In this document: positions 25,270-37,720 of the stretch, in pieces
Numbering within the stretch: position 1 is the first letter of the stretch
How the letters are laid out: the number at the start of each line of letters is the position of its first letter
Assembly: GCA_964270895.1 (NCBI GenBank)
Contig: OZ185444.1
DNA: 64,000 bases
Direction: 5' to 3' (one strand)
Origin: Podarcis filfolensis
Taxonomy: Eukaryota
Made by a program: the position numbers and the translations under genes
Notes under the pieces: generated by a model
What the model saw: the letters and a program-made list of their open reading frames with translations, nothing else
Databases searched by the model: none
What the model was told of the DNA's origin: nothing

Positions 25270-27842
25270 AGTCTGGGCCTCCACAACACATTAAACTCGG
25301 GGAAAGAAAGACACAAGCTGGGACACAACTGGGTGCCATGGAAGCTTCCTCTCAAAGGCTACAGGACTCTTCCGCTGTGTTCTTGCTCTCAAAGCTTCAG
25401 AATGTACCTGAAGGGGAAGCTTGAAGAGTAATCTGGAACTCTGCACTGTCAGTCACCGTATGATGGCTTGACCATCTTTCTCTGCAGCTATTTTGATTAG
25501 GAAGCAAACTGGAAAATAAAATTTCACTATTGAGAAAAAGAAGTCTACTAAACTCATTGGAGAGCTTTAGTTACTCAGTGTGTATAATTCATTCTCCATT
25601 TGCTGTCAGTGTTTTTCACGGGTTTGATATTGTATAACCTCATCGATTATTGGCCCATTAAAAGACTTCATTAAATAACTATTCTTTTAGTATAAGCTTT
25701 CTTTTAATTTTCACAGTTGACCTAAAAGAACTGTCCTGAAGAGTCTTCTGCCTACAGTAGACTAAGGTCTATGCAAATACATTGCTTTAAGCTCAACTTT
25801 GTTTAGTATCCCAATGTCTCATCCACTGTGGTAAAAATTATTAATATATATCAAAAATTGGTAACCTTTTTGGCCAGAGGGTCACATTTGCACTTCACCA
25901 GCAGAATCACTAGAAGAGCACCTTCCTCATTGCCTCTCACATTTCCCAATGGGGCATTAGGAGTGTTGAGTGGCCTATGCAAATGGCTCACTTCCCAAGA
26001 TTATATTTTTCAAGTTGTGAGAGGAACCTTGTTTCAGGTGTTGACCAGTGCTCCTCATACCCTTGAAGTACTCAGAGATTCCTGAATCTCGCTCACAAAA
26101 TTGGGAGTGGAGGACTCTGCGAGACTCTCCACTGCCGTTACTATTATCACCCCACATCTGCATTGTTCGTTTTGTTTAGCAGTGGAGCCACTTCTTTCAC
26201 CAGTGCTGCCACCACCGATTCCAGCAGCAAATATGGCAGGTGTCTTTCAGGGCAAACAAGGTCCTTGCAGGCCAATTCTGGCCCATGGGGCAGTTGTTCC
26301 ACATGCTCAGTATACACCAGTGATGAAAGTCTATCAGATTCCTGCTAGAACTGGTCTTAACGGATTCAGATTCCTTAAGTTTAAGAAATTGAAAAGTTCC
26401 TTATATTCTCTTCTGCACTGTGACATATTCGATCTGAAATGGAAAATTGGGAGTTTATACAAGTAGTAATCTGAAGACTGCAAAACCATCTTATTCATAT
26501 TCTAGTACTCTGTTTTCATGAGTCTCAAAAATGCTTTACCTGAGGTTCTGAAAATCTGAATCATTGGCTAAAACCTAGTTTCTGTCAGTATTGAATAGAG
26601 TGGAGTATCCCTTTCTTACCTCCAACCCACCAGAAAGGCCATCTTGGAAATGACAGCTTCAACTCAGTATTATTACTATGTGAGCTGGTTCAACCTTCAT
26701 GATAACACAGGAACAGGTAATGTTCAGCCTTGGGCTTTCACACTTTCCCCCTCCCTCTCTTGTAGATGGAGCCACGAGGACAGCAGCAACATTTACTTCC
26801 ATTTTTCGCTAACTGCAACTGGTTTCATCTGAAGCCAACAAACCACCCCAATAAAGCTAACTTCACACCGCAGAATAGTGAAGCTGACTTGTTTTAACAG
26901 ACCATAGTTAAGTTTCACCACAATTTAAGGTTCAGATGTAAAGTGAAAGCTGCTGAAGAGATTAATGGAACGCATGAGCCAATGCTTTATTCTTCCATGA
27001 CAAACAATGGTATACTGTTAGGCTGAAATTGGCTTTGTTTCTTAGTAAGTGTCAATATGACACAGAATTAAAACTGCAACTGAATTTTGAAGGAGAAAAG
27101 TTGGACAAAACAAAAACCAAGCGCCAACCATATTATTGTAGCTTGTGATTTGGCAGTCTTTTGTTGTATTCAAAGCAGTGCAAAACTGGAAAGTATGCAG
27201 TAGTGCTTTTTGGTATTTCTTCCAGCAGCTGCTGCCATTCCTTTTCGGACCATTGGGTCTGCTGCTGGAACATCAGCTTCATCTGTTTTCGAGTGCTGCT
27301 GTTCCTCCATTTCTCCTAACTCAAGCACACCTCACTCAAGTTCCTCCTCTAATAAACCCAAATCCCACTTCTTACACCTGTGTTGCATGCTACCCCAGTC
27401 TCTGAGCAGTGAGAGATCCCAGGAGTTCCAAACACTTTCCCAGTATACAATCTGAGAATGAGGGAGCTCACAGCATTAAAAAAAACCCATAGAGTCTGCT
27501 ACCTCTTTATGTTTCCAGAGAAGCCCTGAAGTCCAGCTTAGGCTCAGCACCAGGCAAGACATGTGTCTCTGTCAGCCACTTCCAACCTTTCACATCTGGT
27601 TATTGTTCTCCTATGTACCAGCTAAGTAAGTGGAGCGAGTGAAGGGCCCACCCATTTGTTCTATGGCACAGAACAACTTATTTGGATATTCGAAATCACT
27701 CTACTTAACTAGCCAGCCAAAGCCATTACCTTGTGCTATAAACACATGCCCAGATTGGTAGAGTTTATGAATGCCTGCGATGGGCAGACCAATTTTTGTG
27801 TGTGAGAGTCAGTTACCTCACTCTGTCTCTGTATTCTTCAGC

Positions 27843-27848
27843 AATAAA
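27843..27848 (+). terminator. Candidate distal polyadenylation signal of SLC25A17 (other AATAAA at 25515 and 26850)
   Basis: AATAAA followed by U/GU-rich sequence; usage unknown. Confidence 0.35.
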
Positions 27849-30800
27849 ATGGGACAGATGCTATATGTAAATACTTTATTTTGTAATAATGTACTGAACA
27901 TATATGTGTGTTTCGTTTAGCCTGTGATGTGGCTCAATTGATTGCAGTATTTGGTATGGTTTGATCTGCAAATGCTTTCTTCATCCCAGCTTTCTGCTTA
28001 TGATGACATCCTTTTGTCTTTGGTTATGTTGGGTTGAACTGTGAGAACTTCAAACTGTGTGGGTGTTTTGCTTGGCAGAAGTGATCTAAAGATGTGGCAA
28101 TGCAATTCAGGGGGGTAAATACCTTTTGCTATTTAATCCCTTTCTCCTCAAACATATTATGTTCCCTAATCCTACCCCAGTACCTACATCTATCTTTCAT
28201 TTCATTTTACTTAAACAAATGTATATTAAAAAGTAGGTAGCATCTCAATTCAGATTTGGGCCACTTATCTCAGCCAACTTGTGGCCTGCATAACACACAT
28301 CAGAAAGCTATTAACTACAGATTCATTACATATCTTGCATCAACCAAGCTCATCTTTCCAAATCTGTCCCTGCATCTGTGCAGACCATTTCTCTGGATCT
28401 TCCTTGCTGACATAAGTAATAAAACTTTGCTACATTACATGAGTCCATTTGTCCTTTTGTTCACCAGTTTTTCAAGCTGTGCAACATTCCATACCATGAG
28501 TCCAGAGAAATCTCATCGCGTACTTTCCTATTTTGAAACCCTAGCCTAGCTGCCACCAGCAAAAACACTTAAAGTAATAGGTCTTTTTCTGCATTATCCC
28601 CTTGTCTGCCATAACTTTCCACAAACATATTTCCTGTTATTTATTACCCTATCACGCTTTGTGTTGATTTCGAGTCCTTGTCAGCTCCAAGTTGACCATT
28701 CATAATTGAACAAAGGCGTGAAAAGGTTAAGTGATCACTGTCAGGTCACAGACTTGGTCTTTATTTCTTACAACTTAACTTACTGCAACATTTTTGAGAA
28801 ATCAATTGTTCATCCTCCGCATCTCAGTTGGTACTGACAGAGACAATCTACCTATAACTGGCTAATAGAGTTGCAGTGGTTTCAGACACCCAGTTTTTCA
28901 GCTGCATAATGGCACTTAGCAATTGATTTCAATAAGGCAAAAGTTGTGTGAAGAGTATCTTTCACATTTCAGCTCTGCATCCAGCAGAGTTGGTTGTTTC
29001 CAAGGTGCTCTCCAGGTACCAGAATAGATGCACAGATGCTAATTGTGTTGGGACCATGGGCAGTACCACAAGGGAGGCAAGAATGAGTTTTTAATTGAGC
29101 TTTAAAGCTTCTGAAAACTAGTATATTTATTAGTAAGATCAGAAACTTGCTTTTTACATTAGTGTCAATTCCAATAAGATTAGCTGTGTTACAATAAACT
29201 AGTTATGCCACTAGATTCGTTCTGCTTTAAATGCAGTTGGAAATTTTTGTTATGTTCGTAGCCTATTGTAAACACACACCAGATTCTGGCACAATAAAAC
29301 TGCAAAGAGTTTAATATTCAAATGGTGTTAATTATAGTCATATCTAAAAACAAATTCCCACTGCTGTAACTTGTTCCAGTGATCTGTATACAGTAGTTTA
29401 ACATAGAAATGCTATTATATGGTACAGCCACTAGAGGTCATAGGATGCCAGGAAATACATTATGCTATGTGCAGTCTTAGGTATTTTTAAATGGAAGTGT
29501 TCAAAGTAGGTCTTAGGCTGCATACTTAGAATAATTTAATGGAAACCATGTTATTCCTTACACTGTTTAACCTCTGTTGGCCTTAAACAGAAAGGAGTTT
29601 CAGTATTGTTAAGTGGGGAACTTTTCCATTCTTTCAAATGATTGGGGAATTAAAAGGAATCTTATGCACTAGGCAGTGATTGAGAAAACATTATTGCAGG
29701 ATTGTGATTATTTTGGATTAGTAAAAATAGAGCACAAGGGTGTTAATCTGTGCTTTATGTAGCATTAGTGAGTCAAAAAAAGATAAAATGTTGAAGACTT
29801 CCTAAGACCGGGAGAAGCAAATAAAGCATGGAGTAAGTATCTGGTCTACACAAGAGGAAACTAGGGAACCAAATAATATACATATAGAATAGCAGAATAT
29901 CATTGAAGCATTCTAGTACCATTGATCAACAATATGTGGTGTATGTATCTAAAGCTTAAACAAAATGCCTTAATAATTACAAAATGTGGGAGACAGATCA
30001 AGCATGTGACACTTAGGGAAAGCATCAAAACTAATCGACCCTCTTCTAAAGATGTCATTAATTCCACTGTTAAATTTATTTATACTGTACAAGGGGCCTC
30101 AGCTATTTGGAAAAGCAGGAAGATGACCACTTGGAGAACCACATTCCTTGAAGTATAATTTGTTTTGGAACTACAAACAGAGAAAAAACAGCAGGCAGCA
30201 CCTCTGTTTCTACAGCCCCTTAACATGAATGCTTATATTTTTAGCAATATGCTGTCCTGAATTCACCCTAATTTTCTTTAGTAATCTCTGATGCTAGGTA
30301 GTTGAAGTAGTATTAGTATTGGGGAATAGAGGGGCTGTGGTTGTGAATAAGCTGCCTTTGGCAATCTACAGTTATGCAATACATTTATTTGGACTAACCA
30401 AGGTGCCACAAAATAGTGAGCAAGCTTTTGAGTTTTTCTGAACATCAGGCTGGATGTTACATACAGTGAGAGGTAGGAAGAAGGTGAAGCAAGAACATAT
30501 TGGCTTAATGTTGTAGCCAGGTCTGCCCCTACATCTGATGTAGGCCGCAGATATTGGAGGTGGCAAGAGCCACCAACTGCTCCTCCTAAACTAACCTGAT
30601 CTGCACCCCTTAAGTTAGCATGCTACCACAAGGTATGGTAGGGGATGTTATCTCAGCATTGAAATAAAATTAAAATGTTTTAAGTCATCAGTCCAGTTGG
30701 ATTTTGTAAGTGCAACAGGGGGGATGAAAGTCCTGTAGTTACTCAGATCTGCCTTTAGCTCCAGGTCAGAGCAGAAGTAAACAACAACATAGATATTTTT

Positions 30801-31549
30801 TATATTAGCAAAGCTGAAGATCAGTTTTAGGTGATGTACTACTAGGTAAAAAACCCCAAAGCCAAATTAGGTAGTTTCTAATAGGAATTGGGAAATACAT
30901 AACCCACAAAAAGCAAACTCTCTCTTTAGATGGTGGAAAATTCATCTGGTTGTAGATACACACATATAATATCCATTCGGAAAATGCCTTTAAAAAAAAG
31001 TTTTTAAAAATACATTGAGTTTTCCATAAGGCTCACCATTTCCATCTAGTGTCACATTGTATATTGCACTTAAAACACACACAAAACGTTTTCTTTGCAG
31101 CTGTAGAAACTGTTCCTTTTGCTAGATTCCTCCTCAACATGGGAAGCTGTCTTACATCAAGTCAGTTCGGCCCCACCTTGTTCAGTCCTTTTGGCATTCC
31201 TGGATCGAGTTTGCCCCAGCCCTATCTGGAGGTGTCAGGCAGGGATGGAACCCTGTGGCCTTTTACCTGCGAAGCACCTGCCCTACTACTGAGCAGCGGT
31301 AGAAGTTTCAGAAATTTTGCATGCTTGATAGAACTTGTTTTTAAAAATGCTTCCGGTTTTTTCCCCCCTCCAAACCTTTTACTGGCAAGTTAATTCGTGT
31401 TTAAATATACGATATGCATGTTTATTTGGAAGGAAGTCCCCTGAGTTTAATAGGGGCTCCTTCCTAAGTAAATGTGCGTGGGAATGCTTTAGTTCTGTCT
31501 TTTCAGCAACGTGCTTCGGATGCTCCTGTGAAAGATTTATTTATTAACG

Positions 31550-32480
31550 GTCAGAGACAGGCGGGCCAACGTGGGGGTGGGGGGCAGATATTTTAAGCCT
31601 CTGCAAAGGAGTAGCAGCCCGCTACGTGCCTAGGATGGCGCACTGTCCCTTTAAGGGCTCCTCTCCCTCCTTCCTCGCGGCTCCTCCGCGGCGCTCGAGC
31701 ACGCCAGCCTCACCTTCTGCCGATGACATAATTCCTATCCTCTAATTGGCTGCTTCCTTCTTCAGTCACCTTTCTCTGCCCCGCCTGCCCCTTTCCCCAC
31801 CCCGCCTCTCGCCCGTTAGCACCCGGAGTTACTCGACACCCGTTGACGGGCGCTGGCGTCATTCAGTCGCCTCCGCGCCTTCGGATTGGCCGCGCCGCCT
31901 GCTCGTCCCGTAGCTCTGCGTTCTGGTGGGCGGGAGCTTCCGCGGCTGAGAGGAGCTGAGCCGGCGGCGGTGAGGGCCGGGGTTCTTTTTTTTGCGCGCT
32001 CGGGGAAGTTTTCTGTGGGAGGCTGCGGAAGGGGAAGGCGGCCAAGTGCGGGCAGCTGGGATGGAGTCGTGACCAGGTGAGTGTGAGGGAGGCTTCGGGA
32101 GGGAGCGTGCCGGCAGCTCCTCGCCCCGCCCGCCCGCTGAGGGGGGGAATGTCCCTCCATGTATGGGGCAGGGAACCGCCCCTCTGGGAAGCACGAAGCG
32201 GGGCTGCCCCGGTTGCTGGGAGAGTCTGGCCTTGGCTCGCCTCACGCTCCTCCTTTGCCCCGCGGCGGAGGCTGGCGGGAGAACCGCGCCCTCCTTCTCC
32301 CGTCCCACACGAACCACGCAGCCCCCCCTCCGTCGCCCCACGCCGTTCTCCTTCGCAGCGCCCCCTTCCCACGACCGGGCCTCTCCTTCGGGCTACGTGA
32401 CTCTGGCGTGGCCCTCCCGCCCCTTTGCTATTTGCTCGTGAGTAAAACGGCGAATGTTCCGTCTCCCCAGCCCCCAAATA
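31550..32480 (+). promoter_or_regulatory. CpG-island promoter of MRTFA (long isoform)
   Basis: Strong CpG enrichment, GC boxes (CCCGCC at about 31780 and 31801), inverted CCAAT (ATTGG) at about 31746 and 31884, + strand donor CAG|GTGAGT at 32076/32077. Confidence 0.85.
31890..32076 (+). other. MRTFA: MRTFA non-coding exon 1 (start approximate); carries uORF ATG GAG TCG TGA at 32061-32072
   Basis: Strong donor GACCAG|GTGAGT within the CpG island; gene identity from downstream coding exons and synteny. Confidence 0.7.
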
Positions 32481-34508
32481 ATTTGTCTAGAAGAGCCACC
32501 GAAGGTATCCTTTTTCTCCATCAGCCGCCAGCCAGGCTTCTGCTTTTCCCCGTAACGCCCCCCTCCGCTGTGTCATTTCACTGTTTTCCGAATGGGTTTA
32601 TCATCCCTCCCGCTCCACTGTTTTCAGCTATTGGCTTTTTATTGGACAAGAATAAACCTCCAGAATCACCACCACCACCACCAAAAAATTATTGGTTTTT
32701 TTTTTTGTTTTTTTTTTTTTTGGTCTTTGAGACTCTTTTCCTCCCAGAAAAATTTAATTGCAAAGGAAATGTAAATGTACTGGATCTTCTCTATGTAATT
32801 TCAAGAATGCAATATTGCCCCTGATTCAGTTTCAGAATTGTAATCTGCAATCTGTGTGGAAGACTGTTTTGAGAATATGGGCTGAGCTGATCACACCCAC
32901 CCACTGGCACATGTAGGAATCTGCGTTGAGCATATAGATTCAGGATGAATTATCATTTGATGCTTCCCAGAATCCTGTGCTGGAGGGTGGTTGAATGCGG
33001 CTGGCTCATTGTGGGCTGGAGGCCAGCAAGAATACCCTTTGCTAGTACTTTCCCTGCTGCTTAACATCCGAAGATCTGAGCTTGTGAATAGAATCACACT
33101 GGCACTTACAGTTCATCCATAGTTAAGGATGCATCCTCTTTAACAGCATAAAGACATGGGACTCCTCTTGTGTTTACCACTTTGAAAGCATCTGGACATC
33201 ACATGGTAGCAACTTGCAGGAGAGTGAGTGTATTCACTGATTGCAATAAAAGCAGGCTTATGATACCTTAAGGTGGGGGTAGGGAACCTCAGGCCCTGGG
33301 GTGGTGGTGGTTTCCAAATGCATCCTTTTAGGCCTCTCTAGCCAGTCCTTGGGGCTCTGCCCAAGCCACACCTCTTATCAGCCATTTGCCTTCCTTGAGT
33401 GCTTTTGCTTGGCAAGAATTTGTTCTTGAACTGTAGTAATGCTTCTTGTTTGCCTGGATGAAGAGGGCGGGGTGTGTGCATGTTGAGGAACCTCTGGTTT
33501 CTTTGTGGCTTGAATGTACAAATGTAAGCATTGCATCTGTTGCTTTGCCCACTTTTCCACCTCTGGTGTTGCCATGTCTGGTAGGCGAGATCTAGAAGGT
33601 TGCCTGAAAGGCATTGTGGCCCTTAGGCTGAAAACATTTATTATCGCATAAGCTTTCTTGTACACTTCTTGTTTTCAAACACTGGAGTGACTTGTTAGAT
33701 CAGTCCCGTGTTGGTAAGTCTTTATTGCCTAGCTAATTCTGTAGCAAGGGATTTGCATACTTGTTGACCTAGTGAAGGTCTTGAGCAGGAGCCTCCCTTT
33801 TTGTTTCCCAGGGTAGTATCTCAAGAGTGCAGTTCACCAGCTTTGAGGAGTATAGTATGGGAAAATGGTACCTATGAAATTATGGCATGGGATTGTGTAA
33901 CTTGGTGAAATGAAAAGTATAGTATGTGAGTATAGGTGGGCAGAAAATGCATGAGCATGCAAGATTTGGTAGGCATTTTTAATCCAAAGACGAAATAATT
34001 ACATCAAAATTTCCACTGCATTCCATAGTTTGCATCTCTATTTAAGGCACACAGAAAAGAATGTGAAGATTGATATTTCAGGTGTGTAGAAAAATAGTTG
34101 GTATGTGTATAAATATTGATTTTAATTAAAATCATTTATAAACAGCTTGATATTTTAAAAATTGCTCTAAATGGTGTGCAGTATGAAACAAACAATATAA
34201 TTAAAACAAAAATGCAATATAAAACCAATGAATGTCAGTTTTGGTGTCATTGTATACAGATAGAGTATAAGGATGAATAACTTCTAGGTACAAAATATGC
34301 TCAGAAGTAGTTCCTTAATGGATACATAGCAAACTGTACTCTTCATTTGCTTCAGATCATGAAGTTGAAGCCCTGTTGCAGTTGGAGGATGGAGAAAGAA
34401 CTGTGAGCAGCAGGGTGCCCTTTTTCTATAATTGGGATACCCTGGGAAACTCGCCAAGCATATTGCACCTGATGCTGGGTGTGGAGAGTGCACCTGACTG
34501 CTTAATGT

Positions 34509-34642
34509 AGTGTTTCTCAAACTTGGGTCCCCAACTGTTGTTGAACTACACCTCGCATCATCCCTCACCACTGATCCTGCTAGCTTCGGATTATGGGAGT
34601 TGTAGTTCAACTACAGCTGGGGACCCAAGTTTGAGCAACAGT
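34509..34642. mobile_element. Fold-back (hAT-like) squamate MITE
   Basis: Long inverted arms AGTGTTTCTCAAACTTGGGTCCCCAACTGTTGTTGAACTACA / TGTAGTTCAACTACAGCTGGGGACCCAAGTTTGAGCAACA; degenerate relatives near 1830-1960 and 2790-2940. Confidence 0.75.
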
Positions 34643-35351
34643 GGCTTAATGGAACACAGGTGTGTGGGCAGCCAGAGGAAGCTCCATCCACTTTGGTGCC
34701 TGCCCATAAAAGCAAGCCCTGATCATGGGACAGTGAAGCAGCTGGAGAAGATAGGGCAGAGGCTGGAGAAAGAACTGTGAGTGGAGAGGCGGCTTATTTG
34801 TATTAGTGTAATATTTTTATATGTTAATTTTTTTGTAATATTTAGTGTTTGTTTCAATTTTCTGTATACTTCATAGATATGTTTTTTATATATTAAATAG
34901 CGTAGAACTGGTGTAATAAATAAAATTTCACTGATGATACTGCTTCCAGGCCTGTTTCCTGCTTTCTGTGGATAGCTGACTTCATACATGACAGAAATAT
35001 GTTTAGCAAAAACTTGCTCTGCTAATTAAAGTGGGTGCCTAGGAAGTGCAGAATGATTTTTTTGAGGGATATTGCTTATTGGAAGTTTGCACTGCCCATC
35101 TGTTGTCATTATGAAAGCTGAATAACTTGGAGTTTCATTCTTAGTTGAGTTTGAAGTGGATAGTTCTTACATCTATCCTTATGAATCATCAGGTTTTGGG
35201 TCTACTGGGACACTTAAAGAAATCCTTCATGTTGGTAGAATAGTTAATACAATGTATGATGAAAGCTTAAAAGGGAGAAATGGAAGCTAAGGTGGTGGTA
35301 GATTGTAAGCACATGCTATGCTAGCAGAATGTTGAATACTAATAATATTGC

Positions 35352-35543
35352 TAGGAATCTAGTAAATTACCTTATACTGAGTCAGACCTTTAGTCATCTA
35401 GCTCAGTATTGATTACACTGACTGGCAGAGCTTTCCAGGGTTTCTGACAGGAGTTTTTCACAGCCTTTCCTGGAGATGCTGGGAATTGAACCTGTAATCT
35501 TTTGCATGTGAGGCAGATGCTCTAACACTGAACTTATAGCCCT
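35352..35543 (-). mobile_element. Squam3-type tRNA-derived SINE
   Basis: Reverse complement has A-box (AGTTCAGTGTTAGAGCATCTG), B-box (GGTTCAATTCCC) and the body GCCAGTCAGTGTAATCAATACTGAGCTAGATG...GACTCAGTATAAGG. Confidence 0.8.
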
Positions 35544-37039
35544 ACGTATAGCTGGGAATTTGGAAAGTCCAGTGAAGTCCAGATATGCACAGCACTCTCT
35601 CAAGTGAAGCATGATAGCGATAATGCCCTTTGTTACTTGGCCCACCATTGGCTGCTGTAAAAAACTGTCCTTTTTGATGAATTGTTTTAAATATCTGTGT
35701 CTGCTAGTGGTCATCACAACAACCTGTGACAAAGAAATCCATAAATTTTATTACATTATGTGAAGGATTTTCTCATCATGTGCCACAAGTTTGTTGTCTT
35801 TAAGTTCTCTTGGCTGAATTGTACTGAGAATTTTTATTTGCCTCTCCTTGCTATTAGTAGTTTTGTAAACCTTTATCAAATTGAGCCTCACACAAGAACA
35901 TATTTTTTAACCTAAATATTCAGACTTCTTATGAAGAAATGTAGAGGGATATTACTGATTGTTTTAATTTCCCTTTTCTCTATTTTTGTAATTTACTTTC
36001 AGTGAAACTTTAATTCCTTTGTGTTGGTGAGGTCCTACAGGCATTTCATGACTGTTGAAGATTACAGTATCTTTCAATTCATCATTCTGTTAAAACCAGA
36101 TTGCTTGAATTTCAGTGAGACATTCTACATCTGAATATATTGTTTTTACATGTGTTTTTAACTAAAGGAGAAATAGCATGCAGATTGGAAGAGGATGGGG
36201 AAATTAAGTAAAGGAATACTCTGCACACACCAGCCAATTCCAGAGCATGGTGGATGGGATTCAACTAAGTCCAGTCAGTGGAAGCCCTGCACAAGGACTA
36301 CTGCGTGCAATGGGTCTTTTTCCTTTCTCCTCCGTCCACTTTCTCAAAATAGGCTCTGGGATGGTTGGGGATCCCAAATGCTTCCCTGCCAAAACAGTTG
36401 TTTTGGCACAATGTTGAATTCCTCCCATAGTGTTTCTGTGCTTGTGTGCAAGATGTCAGAATGACACAGAATTTGATATTGGTGAGTACAGCATTCTGCA
36501 TGCACAAGGACTTGGTCCTAGGGGTCAGTATGCAAACAGCTATCTGTCCTTTGCTGTGTCTTCCTGCCTAGGCTTTTAATCCCATCAGTTCTTTGCTGCT
36601 TCCTTGTCTCCACTCTTTTGAAATCACATGAAAATATAGGGATGAATTCAGCCTTTGTTCTTAGTTTTGCTGTATATATAAGTTGAAACTGTCTTTATAT
36701 TTTAACTCACTGTTTTGGGTTGCAGCCTTACCTAGGAATAAAGCACTTCAGCTCAGTATAACTTCTGAGTAGACATACCTTGGATTGCATTGCACATTTG
36801 TGGTACTGAAAGTTGTGTTGATTTTAAATAACAGTATAACTTCTAGTATGTTTCCTCTTGCTTGCTCCTCAAGTACTGGAGAAAATAAAGAATCCTTGTT
36901 AAATTCATTTTATTGTGGGCCTAACTTTGGAATGGGCAAATTAGTATAACTTCAGGAGACTACCCAGCAATGAACTCAACTTCCAAACTTCATGTCTTTA
37001 GGAATAGAGAGGATAATAGTGTCTAGTTTGGTTTTTGTT

Positions 37040-37720
37040 TTAAATAACTTTTTATTGGGTTTTATACAAGGATCATAGGAATAATAAATGATACAAATAA
37101 ATAGACCAAGTCTTCTCAATTTGCAGTAATATCTACAACATATGGTCATTATTAATGGTCCATGTGTAAGTTCTTGGCTCGTGAATTGGTCTAAACAAAA
37201 ACAAAGGGGAAAAATGATAGAACAGACTTAACCAATAACATTCAACATCACATAGGTAAATGCCTAATCAGGAATCTTTGTGGTAGTGCTTAGATGAAGT
37301 ATGAGTAATAATCATTTTTCCTATTTATGTTTCCATTGAAATAATATACCATATATTGATGAACATGGGAGTTCAAAGTAGAAATAATAATTTATGTTTA
37401 AATTAACGTTTAGATCAACCAGATTGAACCAAATGCTGATGGAGGGGATTGTTCATTTTCTGGAATACTGACATATGTTATGAAATTAAATCACATGAGG
37501 GTAAAGCCATCTTTCTTGATCTGTCCACATGTCAACCATAGTTTACTTGTTAATCTCTCAAGGAAGGCTGTTTTCCAAACTATTTTGCACCAGTTGTCTA
37601 CCATTGTGCTAGAAAGGTCTTTCTAGTGTCTGCTTATGTTGCATCACGCCGCTTGTAATAAATTACATATTAATTTTTTATTATGCAAATCCTGATTGTT
37701 GTCTTGAAATACATTTAATA
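37040..37720 (-). mobile_element. Decayed L1-clade LINE 3' end
   Basis: Minus strand LICNLLQAA...WCKIVWKTAFLERLTSKLWLTCGQIKKDGF..FITY resembles squamate L1 ORF2 C-terminus; A-rich tail on the minus strand near 37040. Confidence 0.55.

Noticed and set aside
30395-30470. Penelope-like terminal fragment (similar sequence near 18790-18870)
   Set aside because: Too short and degenerate to support without a library search
31816-32824. Long ORFs (160-221 aa) on both strands
   Set aside because: Stop-poor GC-rich CpG island; no recognisable domains; they cross the MRTFA exon 1 donor
35480-35543. tRNA-like sequence (also 42245, 3970-4106 and 100-160)
   Set aside because: SINE heads joined to SINE bodies; no complete cloverleaf, so not tRNA genes
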